From the NCBI RefSeq assembly GCF_009914755.1, contig NC_060943.1: a stretch of 64,000 nt of DNA. One strand, written 5' to 3'. The notes beneath the pieces are model-generated. The model was not told the DNA's origin, searched no databases, and saw only the letters and a list, made by a program, of their open reading frames with translations. This DNA is from the human T2T-CHM13v2.0 reference genome, Homo sapiens. Below are positions 12,313 through 42,194 of the stretch, piece by piece; the stretch's first letter is position 1; the number at the start of each line of letters is the position of its first letter. The translations under genes were made by a program, and so were the position numbers.

Positions 12313-12370
12313 AGCGGTCATCAGCCAACCTCCCCAACAGGACTTGGGTTTTCCTGTTGAGAAGGGGGAC

Positions 12371-12695
12371 TGAGAGACAGGACTAGCTGGATTTCCTAGG
12401 CCGACTAAGAATCCCTAAGCCTAGCTGGGAAGGTGACCGCATCCACCTTTAAACACGGGGCTTGCAACTTGGCTCACACCCAACCAATCAGGTAGTAAAG
12501 AGAGCTCACTAAAATGCTAATTAGGCAAAAATGGGAGGTAAAGAAATAGCCAATCATCTATCCCCTGAGAGCACAGGGGGAGGGACAATGATCAGGATAT
12601 AAACCCAGGCATTTGAGCTGGCACCAGCTACCCTCTTTGGGTCCCCTCCTTTTGTATGAGAGCTCTGTTTTCACTCTATTAAATCTTGCAACTGC
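12371..12695 (+). promoter_or_regulatory. LTR17 U3-R with CCAAT boxes (12484, 12550), TATAAA (12598-12603) and ATTAAA poly(A) signal (12678-12683)
   Basis: Motifs read directly; polypurine tract GAGAAGGGGGAC immediately upstream. Confidence 0.85.
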
Positions 12696-12821
12696 AAAAA
12701 AAAAAAAAAAAAAAAAAAAAGTCTGTAGGTATGTGTTTGCAGGCACAGTGGCCACATGTTCAAAGAAAAATAGATGACAAATTAAAAAAAATATTTACTC
12801 AGGACCCAGATATGTATAGAT

Positions 12822-12827
12822 TTTATT
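12822..12827 (-). terminator. Candidate AATAAA polyadenylation signal for the ZNF99 3' UTR
   Basis: TTTATT on + strand just before the HERV-W boundary; other AATAAA candidates exist upstream. Confidence 0.45.
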
Positions 12828-14562
12828 TACATTCCTATATGATTTTTATTATGACCACAAAAATGACGCTATAATAAAGATAACAATTTAGTTTTATATT
12901 TCAAAGTGACTAAAAGTGTAGATTTGGATTGCTTGTAATTCAAGGAATAAATGTTGAAGGTGAAGAATCCCTCATTTACCCTGACGTGATTATTACATAT
13001 TTTATGCTGGTATCAAAATATGCTATATATGGCAGAAATATATCTACACACTATGTACCCATAAAAGTTAAGAAAAATAAGTTTAAATTTGTCAAGGCAA
13101 AAAAAAAAAGAAGTTTAAATAAGATTAAAAGTATAAAAATGTAACCTACGAGAACAATATTCTTTAATTTATTTGCAGGTTAAAGCCACTGAAAAAAAGA
13201 GATTACTAGAGATGTTATTCCACTCTTACCAAATAGTAAACTGTTGCCATCTCTTACCTACACCCTTGAGTAAGGTGGGATAGGTTAAAGCGAGTGGCAT
13301 AATAACACTTCATTGAATGTACAACAGACTTAACATGTCAAAAAATGTTTAAAAAATTAAGTTTACATATAATCTAAAAATTTATGAATGTACTACATTA
13401 CATAAAAGCACAACTAATATAATACATCACTAATTTAATTTTAATTTTAACTAAAATTTTAAAATGTTTTTCTCACTATAATGCACAAAAATATATTCCT
13501 CAGAACACCTACCTCATACATCACTCAATATTTTAAGTTAACCACAAAAAGCCTCTCCATTTAGATTTTTATCATGCATTTTATATTTTAATATCCTTTC
13601 TCTTTTATGAAAAAGGTCATAAATAATGCCCATCTAATAAAAAAGAATCTTTCATATCTCTGATGCAGCAACAATTGATCGCATGCTTTCACATGTAAAT
13701 AAAGTAGGAATGAAGAGCATGAAGTAACTTGAGAGTTGAATTACATCCTTATTTGCTTTTCAGAGTCTGTAATTTTTTTCAATATTGTGATGTTAATTTT
13801 TTTGATATTTGAAGTATACAAAAAGTATACTTCAAATGTAATTATAATTCTCCAAAAAATCACCTCCTCTTTTTTAAGTTATATGCAAATAACTTATCTA
13901 AATTTTAGATTGAAATTATTTTTTTTACTCAACACTCTGATTTAGTGTAGTCTGAAGTGCCAGTGCCTTATCATTTCTACTGTGAATTCTCTGACATTTA
14001 CAGAGTTAATTTTGGATTGAATATTTTTCATATTTACTGCATCTACAAAAAAAACTTACTCTGTTTTCTAAGCTGTAGTTTATAAACTTTTTTCCAAATT
14101 TATTACATTTGCAGGTTTTTTTCTCTATTATACATTCCCTGATATTGAACAAAGTTTGAGCAACTTTAGGGTTTTTCTCTAGCACAAAATATGCACAATA
14201 AGATCTGTGATACAAATATAGTACTACAACCGTCTTTATATTTGTAATGTTTGTCATCAAAAGAAATACTCTTCACCATTCTAAGGTTTATATTTTCTAA
14301 AAGATATTCTCACAGTAATTGCATTTTTAATATTTGTTTTAAGTATAAACTCTGTGATGTTAAGATGTGAGCAGATATTAATGGCTTTTCCACATTCTTC
14401 ATAGGTGTACATTTTTTTTCAAGTATAAATGCTTTCCTATGCGATAAGGTGTGAGTATTGGTTAAATATTTTGCCACATTCTTCATAGTTTTCTCTAGGA
14501 TAAATTAGCTTATACTCAAGTGTGACAACCATTTAAAGGCTTTGTGACATGACTCACATCTA

Positions 14563-15303
<741 letters not shown>

Positions 15304-15410
15304 TTATCTTATGTTCAGTAAGGTTTGAGGACGTTAAAAGCTTTGCAACATTCTTCACGTTTGTAGGGTTTCTCTTCAGTATAAATTGTTTATTAAGAAT
15401 TGAAGAATTA

Positions 15411-15716
15411 GGCTGGGCACGGTGGCTCACGCCTTTAATCCCAGCACTTTGGGAGGCCGAGGCGGGCAGATCACCAGAGGTCGGGAGTTCGAGACCAGCT
15501 TGACCAACATGGAGAAACCCCGTCTCTACTAAAAATACAAAATTAGGTGGGCGTGGTGGCACATGCCTATAGTCCCTGCTACTCGGGAGGCTGAGGCAGG
15601 AGAATCGCTTGAAAACCCAGGAGGCGGAGGTTGCAGTGAGCCGAGATTGTGCCACTGCACTCCAGAGCCTGGGCAACTAGGGCGAAACTCTGTTTCAAAA
15701 AAAAAAAAAAAAAAAA
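15411..15716 (+). mobile_element. Alu (Sp/Sq-like) inserted in a decayed finger
   Basis: TSD ~AATTGAAGAAT on both sides. Confidence 0.95.
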
Positions 15717-15738
15717 TTGAAGAATGCTTATGGCATTA

Positions 15739-15909
<171 letters not shown>

Positions 15910-15912
15910 CTA

Positions 15913-16479
<567 letters not shown>

Positions 16480-16606
16480 TTATTCACATTTGTGGAGTTT
16501 ATCTTCTTTAGGAATTCTCTCATTTTGAGTAACAGCTGAGCAATGGTTAAAAGCTTTGTCACCTTTATTATATTTGTAGGGTTTTCCTCCAGTATCAATT
16601 ATTTTA

Positions 16607-16828
<222 letters not shown>

Positions 16829-16831
16829 TTA

Positions 16832-17439
<608 letters not shown>

Positions 17440-17521
17440 TCATGTTTTCTAAGGGCTGAGAAATGCTTAAAAGCTTTGCCACATTCTTCACATTTGTAGG
17501 GTTTCTCTACAGTATGAATTA

Positions 17522-20334
<2,813 letters not shown>

Positions 20335-20639
20335 TCACTTGCTAGACTCAGATGAATATACTTTACAAATCTAACCTATAAAATTATACAAACCGCTTAA
20401 GCAAGATGGCACAGCAAAATAAGACAGGCCCTAATTTCTTCATAGACATATAAATGTAATAAAAACATACTGACCAAAATATATTTGTTGAAAATTTATA
20501 AATAAGTTAAGTGTGTAGAGTGCCCCAAGTAAGTACAATGCAAACAGCCACATAAAAGGAAAGAGAAGTCTGTTACAGTTTCCCAACTCAGCTCTTCCTG
20601 CTCCCCAAAATGACATGGTGTCGTTAGAAGTAAATTGCT

Positions 20640-20928
20640 GGCTGGGAATGGCAGCTCACACCTGCAATCCCAGCACTTTTGGAGGCTGAGGCAAGTGGAT
20701 TACCTGAGATCAAGGGTTCAAGACCAGCCTGGCCAAAATGGAAAAACTCCATCTCTACTAAAAATTCAAAAATTAGCCAGGCATGGTGGCACACGTCTGT
20801 AGTCTCAGCTACTTGGGAAGCTGAGGCAATCACTTGAACTTGGGATGTAGAAATTACAGTGAGATGAGATTATGCTATTGTACTCCAGCCAGCGTGACAC
20901 AGTGAGACTCTGTCTCAAAACAAAAAAA
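20640..20928 (+). mobile_element. Alu (older)
   Basis: Dimer, TSD AAGTAAATTGC. Confidence 0.9.
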
Positions 20929-21086
20929 GTAAATTGCCATCTCCTGATTTCATTTCTAAAGACATATAAAACAGTGGCACATACATATTTATTTCTGGCT
21001 TCTAGGGGCCTTTCCAGACTGGTTTATGTTTCTCATGACACAAAGTACTGAAAGAAATGGTGGCATACTTTAAAATGACAGCTTGA

Positions 21087-21502
<416 letters not shown>

Positions 21503-21859
21503 TTATCTAAAAAAAAAAAAAAAAAAAAAATTTCAAACAAGATGCATTCTAAGAACATGTTTGACATACTCCCAGAATCTCTAGCCAAGACAATTGGTTT
21601 CAGATTTCCAGGACAAGGCTACATTATGAAGACTGTAACAGGTAGCTTTTTTGATGTACAAATTTTAATTAATTATTATAATGTATATGGAATACTAGGG
21701 CAACATGGCCCAATCAAAAAAAGTATAAAATTTTTGGAAAACAACCATAAAACAATGAAGATTAATAAATTAATTTTTAAAATTTCAAATAAATTAAATA
21801 ATACTGAATAAGAGACATAGGAACACAGACCACTATAAAAAATTTTAAAAATGAGGATA

Positions 21860-21954
21860 CCTCTTCCCCTAATGGCGTGAGGTAATTCATGAAAATGGCT
21901 TGCTATTCACCTAAGCCAGAGAATCCCGCAATATCATGCTAAACAAGAGGTTCA
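21860..21954 (+). pseudogene. 5' fragment of processed RPL17 mRNA (5' TOP tract, UTR and codons 1-20) fused to L1
   Basis: CCTCTTCCCCTAA...TGAGGTAAT..TGAAAATG then MACYSPKPENPAISC*TRGS vs RPL17 [20 protein letters not shown] (12/20 identical; reference from memory). Confidence 0.8.
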
Positions 21955-21957
21955 TAA

Positions 21958-26132
<4,175 letters not shown>

Positions 26133-26959
26133 AGTAGTACACAGGTTACTTGAAGACGAAAAAAAAGAGCTTTCCAAATTTTGATGTAATAAAAAAAATT
26201 CTTAATCCATAATACTTGATCAGAAATTATTTTACTTTAAAAAACAATAAAAAATAAAGACTTTCCAAAATGAAAGGTAAGGGTGTTCATCACCACTAGC
26301 ACAGTTAAAAAAAAAAGCTACATGGTGGCCAGGCACAGTGGCTCATGCCTGTAATCCTACACCTTTAGGAGGCCAAGGTAGTCAGAAAACTTGAGACCAA
26401 GAGTTCAAGATCAGCCCCAAAACAGAGTGAGACTGTGCATATATAACAAGAGAAATGCTAAAATGAGTCTTTTATGTTGAAAAATAAAATGATGCTAGAC
26501 AGCATCAAAAAACCGTATATGAATATATAGCTTTCTATTAAATGTAAACATACAGACACATATAAAATGTCTTACTATAATAATAGGCATAATACCCTTA
26601 AAATTCTTCTATAGAATATAAAAACAAAATATAAATCTGCATAAATCTGAATACACAATATAAAATAATTTGTAATATTAATAACAAACTTGAAAATATA
26701 GAAATATAGTTTTTGTATTCAATTAAGTTGTTATGATATTAAAACACATTGATTTAATCTTAAGATGTTTTACATAATGTCCATTTTTCAACATAACTAC
26801 AAAAATTTTATAGAAACTACGCAAAACAAAATAAAAAAAATAAGCAAAGTGTGCCACTACAAAATTAAACAAAAAATAGTTAAACAAGAAATGAGACAAA
26901 ATATGTAAAAAAAAAAAAAACATAAAACATAACAATGAAACTGGTATGTAACTTTATTT

Positions 26960-27259
26960 CTTTTCTTTTCTTTTTTTTTTTGAGATGGAGTCTCGCTCTA
27001 TTGCCCAGGGTGGAGTGCGGTGGCACGATCTCAGCTCACCACAACCTACGCCTCTGGGTTCAAGTGATTCTCCTGCCTCAGCCTCCCAAGCAGCTAGGAC
27101 TACAGGCACGTGCCACCATGCCTGGATAATTTTTGTATTTTCAGTAGAGACGGGGTTTCATTGTGTTGGCCAGGCTAGTCTCAAACTCCTGACCTCGTGA
27201 TCCACCCACTTCGGTCTCCCAAAGTGCTGGGATTACAGGCATGAGCCACCGTGCCCGGC
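26960..27259 (-). mobile_element. Alu
   Basis: Reverse dimer; TSD TAACTTTATTTCT. Confidence 0.95.
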
Positions 27260-27273
27260 ATAACTTTATTTCT

Positions 27274-27573
<300 letters not shown>

Positions 27574-27634
27574 GTAACTTTCTTTAAGAAATCATTTTAA
27601 ATATAAATTTATCAAACTACTTAATAAAAAGAAA

Positions 27635-27910
27635 TGTAATTCCAGGACTTTCGGAGGCCAAGGTGGGCTGATAACTTGATTCCAGGAGTTTGAGAACAGC
27701 CTGAGCAACAAAGCAAAACCCTGTCTCTACCAAAAAAAAAAAAAAAAAAAACCAAAAAACTAGCTGGGTTTAATGGCATGGGCCTGTAACCCAGCTACTT
27801 AAGAGGTTGAAACTAGAAGATTATCTGAGTTTGAGAGGCTGAGGCTGCAGTTCACTGCCATGATTACACCATTGCAAAACAGCCTGGTTGACGAAGTGAG
27901 ACCCTATTTC
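27635..27910 (+). mobile_element. Alu (J-like, diverged)
   Basis: Degenerate dimer. Confidence 0.8.
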
Positions 27911-28399
27911 ATTAATTAATTAATTAAAAGGAAAAGAAAGAAGATGCCTGAGTGGCTTAAGAAAAGAAGCATACAATATGTTCTCTACAAGAGACCAATT
28001 TTAGCACTGAGTCAAATAGTCTGTAAGTAACAGAATTTAAAAAAATCTATATTTCATGCAAATAGTAGCCACAATTGGGTGAGGTAGTCGTAATTATATT
28101 GGGCACAATATGCTTTAAGTCAAGTACTAGTACAAGAAAAAGATTGATATTATATAATAGTAAAATGGGTCAATTTACCAGGAATCTATAACTATTATAT
28201 TTATATGTACAGGTAGGTATAACAACAGGCCTCCAAAATATATAAATATTGACATAGGTGAAGCAAGAAGTACATAGCAACATAACAGTTGCAGACACTG
28301 AGACCCCATTTTCAATAATAATAGAAAATTCATATAGAAGATTAAGAAAATAGAAAATGTAGATAACATTATGGACTGTAATATTTTACATACAGAGAA

Positions 28400-28600
28400 A
28401 TATCTGAGAGTAAATAATTTATAACAGAAAAGTTTATTTGGCTCACAGTTCAACAGACTGTACAAGAAGTATATGCCGGTATCTGTTTCTGGTGTGTTCT
28501 CAGGAAGCTTATGATCATAGTGGAAAGCGAAGAGAAACTGGACATATCACATGGTAAGAGATAGAGCAAGTGTGAGGTAAAAGAGCCAGGTTTTTTAAAA
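28400..28600 (-). mobile_element. MaLR (MST/THE1-like) LTR fragment
   Basis: AAAGTTTATTTGGCTCACAGTTC...CTGTACAAGAAG...CTCAGGAAGCTTA. Confidence 0.65.
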
Positions 28601-28923
28601 ATAGTTTCTCAAAACTATACAGATATTTGTGTGTCCCCAATATGGAAAAGCAGTCAGATTGTGCAGTCCCTTATATGCCATGAACACAACTTTGGCTCTC
28701 ACTGTAAACTTGAAGGGAAATTACCAAAACGAAAATAGAATCCTTAGAGAATTTTAAAGCATAAGACAGAAGATGCCCTACATGAGAGCAAAATTTTAAA
28801 AAATCTCAGTCTTCCCAGAAACTACTTCCTTTGGAGCACAGCTTCTCAGGTCACATTTTGAGAACTGGCTTTCTCCTGGACCTCTGGACCTCTTATTTGT
28901 GTTGTTTCTTGTATTCACTCTCA

Positions 28924-29058
<135 letters not shown>

Positions 29059-29322
29059 TCATATTCCCCAAATAATGTGCTCATTAAAGAGAATGTAATA
29101 GAATATTCTAGTAAATTGATCCCTCAATACTAATTTATAACATAAATTTCTAAATATTTAGAAAATATTTTCAATTTGTACAGTCCCTTAATTTTACTAC
29201 CTGGTACTACTGAATCAAATATTGGTGGTGGCAATGAGATTTCAAGGTGTGGCAACTACATTTTATGCCACTAAATTTCTTCAATTTTCACTAATCTAGA
29301 GTGAAAAATGCAGATCTGCTTA

Positions 29323-29685
<363 letters not shown>

Positions 29686-29804
29686 TCAAATCCCTGTTTT
29701 CAGAAAACGGGTATCTGAAACTTATTTATGCTAAGCATAAATCACCAAAACACATCCTACAGAAAAGAGAAATGAAACCTATAGAATATAATAGGAATTG
29801 CTTA

Positions 29805-30014
<210 letters not shown>

Positions 30015-30109
30015 TCAAGGTGAAATGAGAGAGTAAAGAGAACAGGTTCTAACTTACAGGGATGACTGAACGTATTCAGTAAAATAATTTTCAACACAGA
30101 AATCGTCTC

Positions 30110-30418
30110 GGCTGGGCGCAGTGGCTCATGCCTGTAATCCCAGCACTTTGGGAGGCCAAGGCAGGAAGATCACGAAGTCAGGAGATTGAGACCATCCTGG
30201 CTAACACGGTGAAACCCCGTCTCTACTAAAAATACAAAAAATTAGCCGGCATGGTGGTGGGTGCCTGTAGCCCCAGCTACTTGGGAGGCTGAGGCAGGAG
30301 AATGGCATGAACCCGGGAGGCAGAGCTTGCAGTGAGCTGAGATTGCTGCACTCCAGCCTGGGCGACAGAGCTAGACTCTGTCTCAAAAAAAAAAAAATAA
30401 AGAAAAGAAAAAAAGAAA
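30110..30418 (+). mobile_element. AluY-like
   Basis: Full dimer. Confidence 0.93.
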
Positions 30419-30924
30419 TATTCTCTAATGTATTCTCAAACTCTGAGAAAAAAAGAATGGCAGAAGATCCACAACACCAGCACAGACAAGATACTTTTCT
30501 GGATAATAAAGTATAAAATTAAGGGCATGATAACATGTACATTTTTGAGTGCTATTTTTAAATCATACAGAATAAGTCTTGTACATTTTTCAGACCAAAA
30601 AGACATGTTGAGTTAGAAGACACCTCTCAAATTTTAATGTGTACAATTAACTGGAGATCTTGTTAAGCATATTTATTTTATAAGATCTGGAATAAAGTCT
30701 GAGTTTCTGAATTTGACAAGCTCACCAGTAATGCCTGTTTTTGGCCCCAAAAGAATCTTTTGTTAAATATTCAGCAAGTGGAGGAGCCTGTATTTTTCCC
30801 AGTTTTTCTGCCCTATAAACAAAGACGAGAGCCCTCATTTTCCAAAGATAGATATATGCAGAGAAAATCTAAGAAAGGCAGGTGCCAGATTAAATGTGAT
30901 CATTGGTGCACATCAGCTACATAA

Positions 30925-31278
<354 letters not shown>

Positions 31279-31473
31279 CAGACAGCACTTTAATCAAGTC
31301 AATCATTAACATCAACTGCAGTAGGACAAATTTTTATGATGTGCTGATGCACACAGAAGGGCACACAGAAGGACACAGCATTACTGCTGTGATATTGCTC
31401 CCCCAAAGTAAATTATAATCTGAATTTAACCATAAAGAAACATCAGTTTATGCAAATGTCAAGACACAGATAA

Positions 31474-32632
<1,159 letters not shown>

Positions 32633-35600
32633 ACAAGTGGCACATTTTTAATGTTGCAGATCATAAATTCATCATTAGAGTCCTGCATGGCATATAAAAA
32701 AAATCCATGATGTAGAGAATGTAGAGAAGTCTCTGGTATATAGGAAAGAAGTTATCTTTCAGAGATTCTTGACTATCATAAGAATTTTTAAAAGTAGTTA
32801 AAACAAACTCATTAGGGATGAAAAGCACAAGTAGAGAAGTAAAGTTTTGCAAGGACTAAACGCATGGCATTCCAGGAGGCAGAGTGGACACGACTCTTCA
32901 TTTGAAAAATGTTTAGCTGAAAAAAAAGCCATTTTTTTTCTCTTTCTCCTCTTTCTCTTGGATTCCTTCTCAGATAAGATTCTCTGGACAAATTATACAC
33001 CTGCGTCTTGAGAATATGCCTTTAAAGGTGTCACCACTACCTTCTTACCTGCTACCACCACACCCACAGGCAGAAGGACCAAGACCATCCATCTTTCCTT
33101 TATAAGAGAAGAGATTCCAGAACAATGAGCTGCCCTATAGAGTTAAAAATGTTTCTCCTTTCCTGTCCTCAGGTGCCCTCCCGTCACAGACATGAGCAAT
33201 TTTTGCTACATAAATGGAAATATGGGCCACGCTGTCCTGTCCCTACCAAACCCAAACAGAACAGGCCCAGTGACCACCCTTTAGTGTAGTGAAAAGGTGG
33301 AACTTAACTCCCACTAACATATTTTAAATGTCTCATGCTTGATTCTGGCCTCACCTTCGAGTCACAGGAGGCCCTTAATTAAAACAACATGGATGCTTCC
33401 AGGACAATAAATAGAACCTGTGGGGAGGGCACAACTGGAGATTTCTGCAAATAGACCATGTAATTTTAATTAGAAGCCTGGGCTCATAACCACTTAGCTA
33501 AGCATTGCCTCTGAAACTTTAACAAGCTTATAAATCACTTGGTAATTTTGGCCCCACTCTATGTAATGTGATTCTGCACGTTTTGAAAGGGTCCATAAAT
33601 GAGTGTTTTAAACAAGTTCCCTGTCAATGCTGATGTTGCACACTCTGGGCTCAACACTAGCATTAGTTAGAGAAAGCAGGCACAGCTCACAGTCCCTTAC
33701 ACTCAGCACTCTTGTCACAACACAAATACTTCTGGTACAAATAAAGACAACCAATCTCCATCATAAAGTATTATATTTTTTCCTGGCTCTTTAAAGTTTA
33801 CAAACTAAACAGAAGGCAGCAATGTCTGAATAGGTTTGCATTTGGAAAACAACATGTACACTTGCACTGTGCAATGTTTACTAAGTAGGTACTATGTGCT
33901 CAAGAGTATGTTACAGAGCACTGTGCTGGGAATAACACATCATGTGACTTAATCCTCGTAACACCCTGGGAGTTGGTACTAAGTGTTTAATAATTCCTAG
34001 GATTTAGATACAGGGCCCAACAGTTTTATTTCTTCTTCTGTTTCTCTGTCATTGATTTTTTTAAAACATATAGAATAAAAGCTAAATGTAGAGAGATGAG
34101 AGGAATACAGAAGAGTTTAATATAATTTTTTAAAAATTCTAACTTTGTTTATATTTACTTATTTGTGACTTGCGGAGAAACTACTGGATCTGCAGGAATA
34201 GAAAACAAGTTACTAAATGGAATGTCTCTGCAAACACTGGTTTTAATAAAAAATTTAAAAATTAGAACCCTAAAAAACGTACTTTATCTTTTCCATTTAC
34301 CTTTTTAGTTTCAGAAAATTGTGAGCACCAGCTCTAGAAAGGCAGCAGGACTCACCAGCCAAAACTCCAATCTCTTTTAATCAGTTCTGTGAGGCAAGAC
34401 TCCACGGTGGGACCTGACCTAAATAAGGCCTCCGAAAATGGTGGATCTAAACAGAACTGAGCCAGGAAGTGGACCCTATGTAGAATTCTGTTCTCTATGC
34501 TACTAGGTGTACTTCCAGTTCTGTTTTTCCTAAGCTTACCTAAGAGAAATTTAAATCCCAGAGTTTGGGTAATTTAAATTTTTTTTTAGCTACTGTCAAT
34601 TTTATGACATGTACTAATAAGCAATTTAAACAAGTTCCTAGGGTAATTTTATTAAAATATATGTATTCTACCAAGGTAAAAGAAATAACAATTCCTCTGT
34701 TCATAAACATCCCTTCAGGTGATGACAGAAGTCACAAGAATATAAAGAAAGTAGTCCAAATAAAGGCCAAGTGTTTCTGCACACATCTGTTTATTGTACC
34801 AACCATATGATGATGTTTAATTCAACCATGTATCCAGTTGCTAGTCTAGACTATAAGTTCCTGGGTGGTAGGGACCATAACTGCTTCATCTATTTTTTTA
34901 ATGGCCATATGAAATGGAAGCTATTAGTTTATCTGTTTGAGTCTCAGGACCTCCTTCTTGTTTTTCACCCAAGTACCAAGAAACTGGAGAAACTCTCATC
35001 TGGGTACCAACCAAAGATATCTCTTGTATGAGGGTAGGAACAAACACAGGATGACTTATTTCTCTTACACTGAGACAAAAGTAGAATTAACTACTCATGT
35101 CAGCCTAACACAGTTCTGCTCTGGACATCCTCAAATGTCTCAAAGATGCCTAGGTGATTGTGAGAGGGTTTCCAGTGACTCTGGGCTAATGACCCAATGA
35201 TAAGTCAGGCAGAAGAGACTCAGGTTGATTATAAATAGAAAATGGAACCGCCCTGGTTAAGCTCCAGAATCTAGATCACCTCTCCTGATTTGTTAGCTCT
35301 TGGGTAAGAGAAATAAGAATACTCTACTCCAGTATCACAATTTACAGATAGGTATAGCTGTGGTCATGGATCTGGATACTCTGTGGCCTTGATCTCTCAC
35401 TCTAAGATGCCTGTTTATATTTACAGATTCTGTCATCAGATTTTATTTATACCTGGAGTCTCTCACATACCTGTAACAGGTCACTGGAGAAGATCTGAAA
35501 AGCTCAAAGAGCCACACTCTCAACGGAAAGATTTAAGATGTCTATGTTGACATCTCACAATACAGAAAATGTCTTCTGTTGACTTTCTGTACATTCTCAA

Positions 35601-35699
35601 TTCAAAGTCTGGCCCTGTCTCATAAATCTTAGGCACAGGCTAGACCTTATGTGCGGATTCCAGGTGGGATCAACATGGCTCTGCATCCTTGGGTGTTAG

Positions 35700-36047
<348 letters not shown>

Positions 36048-36434
36048 TGCTCTGGCACATTCTAAATAATATGTCTACCTAGGAAAAATCTGAGGAAACA
36101 TAGATATAAGTTGACCGTTTATTTGGGCCAAGCTTGAGGACTGTAACCTGGGAGCAAATATTCAAGTTGCCTGAAATATATACTTGATTAGCAGTGTGAT
36201 TACAAGTTGATTTGTAAAGGCTAAAAAAGATGGACAGAGAGTGAGTTGATACAAAGTTGTCTGTCAGAAATTTTTATTTATTTACAGGAATAACATTGAT
36301 TATTGATTGGATATACACCATTAGTTTTTAGGTACAAGTTATAGTGTCCAGTGTGGCATTATTAATATATAGCTACTTGTGGCAATAGTGAACAGCTTCA
36401 AAAGATGAATACATAGTGCAAAAAACAAAAAGAA

Positions 36435-36754
<320 letters not shown>

Positions 36755-38618
36755 TTAGTGTCTCTATAAGTTTGACAACTAAAAGGACTTGCATCTCTCA
36801 GAAAGAAAGTTTTTCTTTTTTCTCAAATCTGAAAACCTGGATTCAGAATTTGAAGTTGCAGTTTTAGGTCCTGAATGGATGGAGTAGCAGCAGGTGTTCC
36901 CTGCACATCTGTGGGCATTTTAACAAGAGGAAGAAAAAGGAAGTAGAGATTCCCATGTGTACATGTCTACTCAATGCACACATGTTACTGTGACTGGGTT
37001 TCTGGGCCCCATGGTCTGTGAATCAGTTTCAGATGTGAAGATACAAGAGTCACTGAAAAAGGTAAAACGGCTGTTTGCTGCCCTGTGAAGTTTGTAGAAT
37101 TCTGATCTAGCCTCTCTAAAAGTTACTGTGGAGGACTATAGATACCAAATTGGCAGAGAAACAATTCTGCCTGCATATTTAGGGGACAGCATGCACTTTG
37201 CAGCACAATTGTGAGTTGAATGATAGCCTGAGAGGGAAAGTTTCCTCTAGCTTAAAGCTTGGGTGGCACCTTATATTTTTGTAACATGTCTGATAATTCT
37301 AGAGTTTTTGTGAAACATAAAAGACAAATTTTCTTCAGCCCCGGAGAAACTCCACAATAATAGAACAGACATAAAACTGTTGTATTACACAATTAAACCT
37401 GAACGTGACATGCATCACAGTCAGTCTGCTTAAGAGACTGCAAAGACAAAAGGATGGTCACCTTAATTAGTTAACAAGTAGAAAATTTATAGCACCATGT
37501 CATACATAGTTATTCCTAAATTCACCTGGTAATTGAAAAGGCTAGCCATGTAGGCTAATCAGTTATGTTCAATGACAAAATAAACTTTTCATATCTTCAT
37601 GAAAGGAGGTAATTTTGCAACTTGAAGCCAGGTGCCTGCTGAAGGTAGGCTCTCAATCTCCTACAAAAATGGTTGAATAGGGTGCTATCTTTTTGGCTAT
37701 TTATATTTTAAAGCAATGGCTCTCTACTCCCTGAGCACTGGGGCTACTCCTCTCCCGCTTGCACTCTCCTGTTAGCTGGTGTCCTCTCTTGACCCCTACC
37801 ATCTGCCATTGAGGCAGAGCTCACAGCTGAAAGCTCACATCTTACATAAACCACAACTGCCACAGCAGCACTCCAGTGACACCTCAGAGAGGGAAGCCTG
37901 AGCTGCAGGAGAAAAGCCTGCAGGCCTCCTGGGGAGAACTGCACCTTCACATTAATGGAAATTGGAACAGTAATTCAGCCTCAGTTTTTATTTACAATGG
38001 TGACATGGAAAAACCACTGCTGGATTTCCAACATGAGTCCAGACAGAGATAGCTCCAAAAGTTCCCACTGTGACAGCCCACCTCTTTTACAGACACCAGG
38101 GAATACTTACAATGCAGACACCCAAAGCACTGGACAGAAAAACAGCTCTCAGTCTGAGCAAGATTATGCTGAGAGGAAAAAAGAAGTTAAAACCATCTTA
38201 GGTAAAAACTCAGTTTAGACGTAAGATTGATCAAGTCAGCCAGAAAATACTATCTTAAAAAGAATTTCTCTCTCAACAAGCAAAATACACAACTACTCTC
38301 AGCATGAGAAACATGAGCATTACGAAGAAAAGGGGCATATTCTCAGCAGAATTTTAGAAGGTTTCTCTTCCATCTCTGCTGCTCTCTCATCTCCTAGCCA
38401 TTGAATGGGGGTTCCATATTGAAATACATCTCACAATTTCCACCAGCACTTTTTGATGAAGATTTATAATCTGACTTTGTTCATATACTGGAATATATTT
38501 AAGCTTGCCACATAGCTAACTAAAGAGCTATTATGGTTTTTGGGTGGCCACATCATCTGTGTTTATTTGTCCTGTAATAGCAGCATTCCGATTTAGTGAA
38601 ATGAAAGACACTATTAAC

Positions 38619-41560
<2,942 letters not shown>

Positions 41561-41954
41561 TTAAAACAAAAAAACTCTATGGGTGAAAGAGAGTGCAATG
41601 CAGGTGGAAGGACTGGTTTGTGCTACAGATAGTGGCCCAGGTACGGCTCTACTCTGATTAATTTTTGGGTTCATGCTGGCAGATGATATTATGAACAGGT
41701 TGTCCAGAACCTCATGTTGGTGGAAAAAACATGTTGCTGCTGCAGATTCAGTGTCTGGGGTTGGGATATGCCAGGAGACTTGTAGACACTTGAGTGAGAT
41801 TTGGCAGGAAACACTAGGATCAAAAATGCTGTAGTGAAATTCCTGAGGGTGGTAACTAGTTCTAAGAGGGGTGTGGATAAGCCAGTGTCCAGTGGATATG
41901 CTTGTAAGAAGGTGGGAATCCTGTGATGGCAGCAGTGGAAAAAGGCGGTCTGTT

Positions 41955-42194
41955 CGCATATTCTCACTCATAGGTGGGAATTGAATAATGAGAACACTTG
42001 GACACAGGGTGGGGAACATCACACACCAGGGCCTGTCGTGGGGTGGGGGGAGGGGGGAGGGATAGCATTAGGAGAAATACCTAACGTAAATGATGAGTTA
42101 ACGGGTGCAGCACACCAACATGGCACATGTATACATATGTAACAAACCTGCATGTTGTGCACATGTATCCTAGAACTTAAATTAAAAAAAAAAA
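41955..42194 (+). mobile_element. Short 5'-truncated younger L1PA 3' end
   Basis: CGCATATTCTCACTCATAGGTGGGAATTG...G-rich tract...CCTAGAACTTAAA; perfect 17-bp TSD GAAAAAGGCGGTCTGTT at 41938-41954 and 42195-42211. Confidence 0.93.

Larger units (their letters stand above)
6018..12720 (+). mobile_element. HERV-W (HERV17/LTR17) processed pseudogene: R-U5, PBS, leader, gag, pro-pol, large IN/env deletion, env tail, PPT, U3-R, poly(A)
   Basis: Starts in R (GGCTACCCCCTTTGGGTCCCCTCCC) with no U3. Ends at R (ATTAAATCTTGCAACTGC) plus A25 with no U5. TSD AAAAGTCTG at 6009-6017 and 12717-12725. The 3' LTR begins TGAGAGACAGGACTAGCTGGATTTCCTAGG, as in LTR17. Confidence 0.93.
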
